Positions 58,389 to 63,530 of a stretch of 63,530 nucleotides of DNA are shown here, piece after piece. The DNA comes from a virus. Lineage: Duplodnaviria > Caudoviricetes. Each line of letters opens with the position of its first letter. Position 1 is the first letter of the stretch. The stretch covers positions 1 to 63,530 of the IMG/VR virus record IMGVR_UViG_3300009705_000016. One strand, written 5' to 3'. The notes beneath the pieces were generated by a model that searched no databases, had not been told where the DNA came from, and saw only the letters and a list, made by a program, of their open reading frames with translations. The translations under genes were made by a program, and so were the position numbers.

Positions 58389-60128
58389 ATGGAATTAAAT
58401 TTACCTGAAATAGAAGCAAAAAAAATTCTTTTAGAATATAATGGTGCAAATAACTATATATTACAATTAAAATCCACATATAAATTATACAAATCTAAAA
58501 CTTTAACTAGGTCTCAATCTGAATACATTATAAATAATCACGATAAGGTCCCTAAAATTGCTAGGAAATGGGTTGAGATTGATGATTATTTTGCTGAAGG
58601 TTTAATGGCTGATAATTTATTAAGTGAGAAACCTAAGTCTGTGTGGGTAGAAAAGATACTCTCGGAAACCGTAAAAGCTTTCCATATGTGGGGTAAAATA
58701 TTAGAAGACCAGAAACTTTATAGTTTTTGGGCACCTAAAAATCAAATAATACCGAACACCGAAAGAAAAGTAACGGTGGATTACTCACCATATTCTCACA
58801 GAAAACCTTACGACCATCAAAAAATAGCTGTAGAAAAATTATTAGGAAACGATAAATACATTCTAGCTGATGATATGGGTGTGGGTAAAACTACTAGTGC
58901 AACTATAGCAGCTCTTGAAAGTGGTTCCAAAAAAATTCTAATTATATGCCCAGCTACTCTTAAGTTGAACTGGAAAAGAGAGGTAGAGAATTATACGGAC
59001 GATAAAATTTCTATAATAACAAGTAAGAAGTGGGAAAGTGGAAAATTTATAATTATTAATTATGACATTCTTAAAAATTTCCATAGTTTAGATAAAAAAG
59101 ATGAGATTACCACTATTTTAGATGAGAATTTTGATTTGGTGATAATAGATGAAGCTCATTACATTTCTAATACAAAAGCCCAAAGAACTAAATTAGCTAA
59201 CGATATTGTGAAAAAAGTAGGTAAGGTTTGGTTACTTACGGGTACACCAATGACATCCAGACCTATAAATTATTATAACCTTTTGCGGTTAGTTGAGTCT
59301 AGAGTCGCTAAAAACTGGGTGAGTTATGTTAGACGATATTGTGAGGGTTATCAAATAAATAAAGGTGGTAGAAAAATATGGTTAACTAATGGTGCTTCTA
59401 ATCTTGACGAATTAAGAGATAGGTCCAAACAAAAGGTATTAAGAAGGTTAAAAGAAGAAATTTTAGATTTACCCGATAAAATTATAACACCTATATTCTT
59501 AGAGATTGATTCACTTGAATATAGAAAAGAGGTTGGGGAGTATCTAGACTGGGCAAATGAAAACCCAAATCAAAGTTTAACTATACAATTAAATAAGTTA
59601 ATGAAAGTTAGACAAATTATAGCAAATGAAAAATTAAAAAACACTTTTGAACTAATAGACCAATGTTTAGACCAAGATAAAAAAGTAATAGTTTTTACAA
59701 ATTTTACAGAACCGTTAATGGGGATTTGGTCTAAGTATAAAAAAATGGCTGTACCTTTATATGGGCAAATGAATCAAGAACAAAGACAGGAAAGTGTAGA
59801 TTCATTTCAAAATGACCCAAAAATAAAAATATTTGTTTCCAATATAAAAGCTGGTGGTATTGGTATAACATTAACTGCTGCTGAAGTTGTAATTTTTAAT
59901 GATTTATCTTTTGTTCCTTCTGATATGTCACAGGCAGAAGATAGAGCTTTTAGAATTGGTCAAAAGAAAAACGTATCTTGCATATATCCCATTTTTGACA
60001 ATACTGTGGAGAAAATAATCTATAATATGGTACAAAAGAAAAAAAGAGTAATAGATGCTGTTCTGGGTGACCACATTGAGGATGAAGATTTAATGCTAAG
60101 TCTTTTAGAAGAAATGCAATCACTGTAG
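58389..60128 (+). CDS. SNF2-family (SMARCAL1/HARP-like) SF2 helicase
   Basis: ILADDMGVGKT, IIDEAH, LLTGTP, AGGIGITLT, QAEDRAFRIGQ. Confidence 0.92.
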   Translation: MELNLPEIEAKKILLEYNGANNYILQLKSTYKLYKSKTLTRSQSEYIINNHDKVPKIARKWVEIDDYFAEGLMADNLLSEKPKSVWVEKILSETVKAFHMWGKILEDQKLYSFWAPKNQIIPNTERKVTVDYSPYSHRKPYDHQKIAVEKLLGNDKYILADDMGVGKTTSATIAALESGSKKILIICPATLKLNWKREVENYTDDKISIITSKKWESGKFIIINYDILKNFHSLDKKDEITTILDENFDLVIIDEAHYISNTKAQRTKLANDIVKKVGKVWLLTGTPMTSRPINYYNLLRLVESRVAKNWVSYVRRYCEGYQINKGGRKIWLTNGASNLDELRDRSKQKVLRRLKEEILDLPDKIITPIFLEIDSLEYRKEVGEYLDWANENPNQSLTIQLNKLMKVRQIIANEKLKNTFELIDQCLDQDKKVIVFTNFTEPLMGIWSKYKKMAVPLYGQMNQEQRQESVDSFQNDPKIKIFVSNIKAGGIGITLTAAEVVIFNDLSFVPSDMSQAEDRAFRIGQKKNVSCIYPIFDNTVEKIIYNMVQKKKRVIDAVLGDHIEDEDLMLSLLEEMQSL

Positions 60129-60129
60129 G

Positions 60130-60136
60130 TATTTAT
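60130..60136 (+). promoter_or_regulatory. TATTTAT element (putative late promoter), + strand copy
   Basis: 17 nt upstream of ATG 60154; orientation flips with the gene strand. Confidence 0.6.
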
Positions 60137-60153
60137 TAAAAAACTATACATTA

Positions 60154-61800
60154 ATGAGTCTTACTAAAAACAATATGAGTTTGTTGCCTTTGTTGAGTGA
60201 TGTTATTTCAAGAACAATCAAAGAACAGGAGGAAATCCCATCAGACACTTTGATAAATATGCAGAGTAATGTTGGTCCTGATTTCAAAGGAACGTTGACT
60301 TACTGTAGTTTTTTAGAATACTGGAAAAACAGATATGATGAAAAATATAACGCAAACAAAGGGTCTAGTTACTCCCAACCAGTAAAGGACGCTTTTGAAA
60401 AACATAAAACTTCAAAAATAACATTAAGAATTCTTAATACGGTGTCTTATTTAGAAAGTTTGGGTAACGTAAAAGCTGATAACGGTAGATGTTATGGTCT
60501 ATTTCAATACTGTAGAGAATATTTTTCTGATTATGGTATAAACAGTAAGTCCGACGCACAAAACGCTGACATAGCTACTAGACAATTTGTAAAACACGCT
60601 ACAATACTAGGTAATACATTATCTGGTAATCTTGGTTTGGATGTTTTCTCTGCAGAAAATCAATGGTTGTTATACTTGAGTTGGCAACAAGGTAGAGCTG
60701 GTACTGTAAAAATATATAAAGGTTGTGATGATGTGGAAACTTTTACGGGGGATGAATTATATGATACTACTCCAGAAATAATAGGCCCTACAACTGCTGA
60801 TGATATAATGTTAGGTAAAGCTGTACTTAAAAAGGGAGACTCTAGTCAGTTAGTTACGATGATACAAAGAATGTTATTATACGATTATGAAATAGACTTG
60901 GGTGAGGATGGTGTAGATGGGATTTTCTTAGTTGATACTCATAACGCTGTTTTGGAGTTTCAAAAAAAGTTTGATTTGAAACCAGATGGTGTTATTGGTC
61001 CTTGTACTTTTGATACTCTATCAGAAGGAAGTGTAAGATATTGTTGTAAGAGTGATGCGTGTAAAAAAGATGAATGTAAGGATTCTAACTGGTGTACATG
61101 GCAAAGTACTTTTAAAAGAAAAAAGACAACTAAAGATAAGACTGATAAAGAATCTGAAGTAGATGTAGAGAATGTAACCCCTAGTAAAGGATTACCTGGT
61201 AATTTTGCTGAAATACCTGGTGGTCAGGGTAATTTTAGAAGTGAACAACCTTCCCTTAGAGAGTTTGCTAAACTATTTGAAGAATACCCTGATATTGAGC
61301 GTGTTGTTAGAATGAACGGTAATAAAGATAGTGGTGGACTTAGTATGGAAAGTGAAAAAAAATATGTAGAATCTACAGGTAGAGAGTATATTTGGTTTAA
61401 CGCTCATAATCCATGGAGTGCTAAAAATTCGTACACCCTAGAAGATACACCTGGTTATACTGGAGCTGTAAAATTAGGTTTAGACGAACTTAATCAAGGT
61501 AATACTTTCATACATTGTACCCATGGTGCTGATAGAACTGGTTTTATTGTAGCTGCATATATAAAAGAAAGGTTGGGTTGGGATAATGAAAGATTGTGGG
61601 AGTACACAGTTGGGTTTAATAGTTGGGATGGTGGATATGTAGGTTGTTGTACTAACGCACACAGGTCAGGTAAGTTGATTTGTAATGGTACTGCCTTTGC
61701 TTATTACTTAGCTTCATTTTACCCTATACCAGAGTGGTGTGCAGCTAAAGAAGAAAGAATGAGTTGTAAGATTTGTAAAAATTTGGAAGGTAATGGATGA
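60154..61800 (+). CDS. Lytic transglycosylase-like + peptidoglycan-binding + Cys-based (tyrosine/dual-specificity) phosphatase fusion
   Basis: YLES...YGLFQY...LYLSWQQG; LKKGDSSQLVTMIQRML...GVDGIF...AVLEFQKKFDLKPDGVIGPCT; NFRSEQP...IHCTHGADRTG (CX5R). Confidence 0.75.
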   Translation: MSLTKNNMSLLPLLSDVISRTIKEQEEIPSDTLINMQSNVGPDFKGTLTYCSFLEYWKNRYDEKYNANKGSSYSQPVKDAFEKHKTSKITLRILNTVSYLESLGNVKADNGRCYGLFQYCREYFSDYGINSKSDAQNADIATRQFVKHATILGNTLSGNLGLDVFSAENQWLLYLSWQQGRAGTVKIYKGCDDVETFTGDELYDTTPEIIGPTTADDIMLGKAVLKKGDSSQLVTMIQRMLLYDYEIDLGEDGVDGIFLVDTHNAVLEFQKKFDLKPDGVIGPCTFDTLSEGSVRYCCKSDACKKDECKDSNWCTWQSTFKRKKTTKDKTDKESEVDVENVTPSKGLPGNFAEIPGGQGNFRSEQPSLREFAKLFEEYPDIERVVRMNGNKDSGGLSMESEKKYVESTGREYIWFNAHNPWSAKNSYTLEDTPGYTGAVKLGLDELNQGNTFIHCTHGADRTGFIVAAYIKERLGWDNERLWEYTVGFNSWDGGYVGCCTNAHRSGKLICNGTAFAYYLASFYPIPEWCAAKEERMSCKICKNLEGNG

Positions 61801-62263
61801 TTTTGAGAGACTTATGGACGATTTAGACCCTACGCAGGGTGGACCTCTCATAACATTGAGTAGTCCTGAGAGACACGATGTGGCACGTTTTATAGAACAG
61901 CTTAGGGTGTGGGGTAAGTATAATACAGTAGTAACGGATTTAAGTCCGTTTTTAACTGACTCTAAGACAGTTATAGAAGGAGAACTAGCTCATGAGATAT
62001 TATTGTACGCTAAAGAAACTGGGGAATTTCCTGTTAACATGTCAGAGTTTATGGAAAACCAACCAGAACCATTACAATATATTTGGGAAAATTCTCAAAA
62101 AATGAGAGATTTAATGACTAGAGCTACTTTAAAGTTTTTAGAATCTCAAAACTTACCAATGGATGATAAAACTATTAATGATGCTTTTAAAATGTTAGCT
62201 CAAAAAATTTATAGAAGTATTTTAACTGGCCCTTATTTAGAAAGAATTCAATCAAAAAGATAA
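61793..62263 (+). CDS. Hypothetical protein (156 aa)
   Basis: Overlaps the stop of the upstream gene. Confidence 0.6.
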   Translation: MDDFERLMDDLDPTQGGPLITLSSPERHDVARFIEQLRVWGKYNTVVTDLSPFLTDSKTVIEGELAHEILLYAKETGEFPVNMSEFMENQPEPLQYIWENSQKMRDLMTRATLKFLESQNLPMDDKTINDAFKMLAQKIYRSILTGPYLERIQSKR

Positions 62264-63247
62264 AGCTGGAAAACTATTTTTAGATATCTCTGGAAAATTA
62301 GATACTACATTATTTTTTAACCAAGTACCCCAATCACCATAAACCTGATTATTCCAACTCCAGAAATTTTTATAATCAATAGGACCACTAACTGGTTTTG
62401 CCTCACCTTCTGTAAAAGGTTTATTTTCTCTCATGGATTGGTATAGTTTATCTGTGTTTTTATAAAGGACCATCATTAGTGGTAAATTTAGCCCATCCAT
62501 TTCCATTTTCGACAATAAAGTACCAGTACCTAAAGATAAAGGTATTAAGTATGATAGGTTTGATGGTTTTATATTAAACTGTCTTAACTTTTGTTTTACT
62601 TTTGGTGATTGTGTTTCTAATTGTTTTGTTAGATTTTTCTTAACAATGTTTATGTATTTTTTAGACTGTATTTTACTTATGTTAGTTATTTTTGAATCGT
62701 CATCATATTTGGTTTTTACACTCATTTCTGGTGTTTGGTCTACTGGTTGTGTTTGGTCTACTGGTTGTGTTTGAGTTTCGCTATCTGATTGTGTTTGAGT
62801 TTCGCTATCTGATTGTGGTCTAACTTCTGGCCTCATAATAACTGGTCTTTCAGTAGTACTTGTAGATTGTGGTCTGGGTGTCGTTGGCCTAGTTGTTGTT
62901 GGTCTGGTTGGTCTTGGAGCTCTTTCCCCTGGACATGTTGAAGCTTGAATACATGATTCTTGTTCTTGGTAAAAGGGGAACCTAAAACGTGTAACAGTCT
63001 CAATGTCTCTAGCGTCAAGTTTCTTACACCCAGGATGTTGTACTGGGTCTATACACGACCAATACCCTATTCTTGGTCTTTCTTCATCTATTGGTCTTTC
63101 TTCTTCATCTCTTGGCCTTTCTTCGTCTCTTGGGCTTTCTTCGTCTCTTGGGCTTTCTTCGTCTCTTGGACTTTCTTCTTCATCATTAGACCTGTCTTCT
63201 GTAGCCTCTTTTAATATAACTTTATATATAATATCTATTAATTTCAT
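62252..63247 (-). CDS. Leader-bearing low-complexity repeat protein (331 aa)
   Basis: MKLIDIIYKVILKE leader; DEESPR, QSDSETQT and QPVDQT repeats; one 4-Cys module. Confidence 0.65.
   Translation of the reverse strand: MKLIDIIYKVILKEATEDRSNDEEESPRDEESPRDEESPRDEERPRDEEERPIDEERPRIGYWSCIDPVQHPGCKKLDARDIETVTRFRFPFYQEQESCIQASTCPGERAPRPTRPTTTRPTTPRPQSTSTTERPVIMRPEVRPQSDSETQTQSDSETQTQPVDQTQPVDQTPEMSVKTKYDDDSKITNISKIQSKKYINIVKKNLTKQLETQSPKVKQKLRQFNIKPSNLSYLIPLSLGTGTLLSKMEMDGLNLPLMMVLYKNTDKLYQSMRENKPFTEGEAKPVSGPIDYKNFWSWNNQVYGDWGTWLKNNVVSNFPEISKNSFPALSF
62731..62817. repeat. Two adjacent in-frame tandem duplications (18-bp and 24-bp units)
   Basis: ttggtctactggttgtgt x2, then ttgagtttcgctatctgattgtg(t) x2. 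Confidence 0.85.
63071..63185. repeat. Imperfect 18-bp tandem repeat (about 6 units) encoding DEE(S/R)PR
   Basis: tcttcgtctcttgggctt and variants. Confidence 0.85.
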
Positions 63248-63252
63248 ATACT

Positions 63253-63259
63253 ATAAATA
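63253..63259 (-). promoter_or_regulatory. TATTTAT element (putative late promoter)
   Basis: 5 nt upstream of ATG 63247. Confidence 0.6.
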
Positions 63260-63275
63260 CCTCTATTGGTGCCAT

Positions 63276-63306
63276 AAAAAAACCCCGACCGTCGTCAGGG
63301 TTTTTT
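63276..63306 (-). terminator. Rho-independent terminator (possibly bidirectional)
   Basis: Minus strand aaaaaaccctgac-gacg-gtcggggttttttt. Confidence 0.8.
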
Positions 63307-63409
63307 GCAACACATAAGTAATTTAAAATCCGTAATTAGTTTCTATCTTTTGGTTGCGGGAAAAAACTTTCACTAATTGCAACCGTTTAAAACTACTTAT
63401 CCTTGTTTT

Positions 63410-63529
63410 TTAGAATCTATATGACAAACCAAGATTGAAAGTACCCTCTCTTTCTTCGTTCTCATCTTCTTTTAATCCCATACTATAGTTTGGTTCAACA
63501 TTAAGACCTTTCCACACATTGAAAGAATA
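63410..63529 (-). CDS. 3' end of an outer-membrane beta-barrel-like protein (partial, not in ORF track)
   Basis: YSFNVWKGLNVEPNYSMGLKEDENEEREGTFNLGLSYRF*; alternating hydrophobic strands and terminal YxF beta-signal. Confidence 0.65.
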   Translation of the reverse strand, partial: YSFNVWKGLNVEPNYSMGLKEDENEEREGTFNLGLSYRF

Positions 63530-63530
63530 C

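Noticed and set aside
63071-63185. 18-bp repeats as a CRISPR array
   Set aside because: Units are head-to-tail with no unique spacers and encode DEE(S/R)PR in frame
1-63530. Stop-codon reassignment as seen in some large phages
   Set aside because: Conserved genes are full length under code 11, coding density is high, and TAA, TAG and TGA all end genes at plausible junctions
1-63530. tRNA or rRNA genes
   Set aside because: Intergenic gaps are short and AT-rich and I saw no cloverleaf or T-loop signature; tRNAscan-SE would confirm

Overview
AT-rich segment of a large myophage with a T4-like contractile tail, read with the standard genetic code; almost all genes are on the - strand. It holds neck, tail and baseplate genes (gp14/gp15-like, sheath, tube, chaperone, tape measure, hub with M23 peptidase, gp53/gp25/gp6/gp7-like, several huge Cys-rich putative fibre or adhesin proteins). 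A replication island (class II RNR, helicase, 5'-3' exonuclease, FKBP PPIase, RecA/UvsX, gp32 SSB) sits inside the baseplate module, and a SNF2 helicase and a transglycosylase-PG-binding-phosphatase fusion lie on the + strand. SprB-like repeats, missing Shine-Dalgarno motifs and a partial outer-membrane beta-barrel gene hint at a Bacteroidota host (inference). Most notable: (1) a cluster between tube and sheath genes (48680-52309) whose products share a leader ending in (I/L/V)xE and look like protease-processed polyproteins carrying short Trp-rich amphipathic and CCx5CC peptides, one bounded by a self-cleaving S74 domain; (2) a probable +1 programmed frameshift (TTT TTT CGT C) in the tail chaperone gene; (3) a TATTTAT element, the reverse complement of the T4 late promoter core, upstream of 15 genes; (4) four genes absent from the ORF track. 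All family calls come from motif recognition and synteny; no database search was run.
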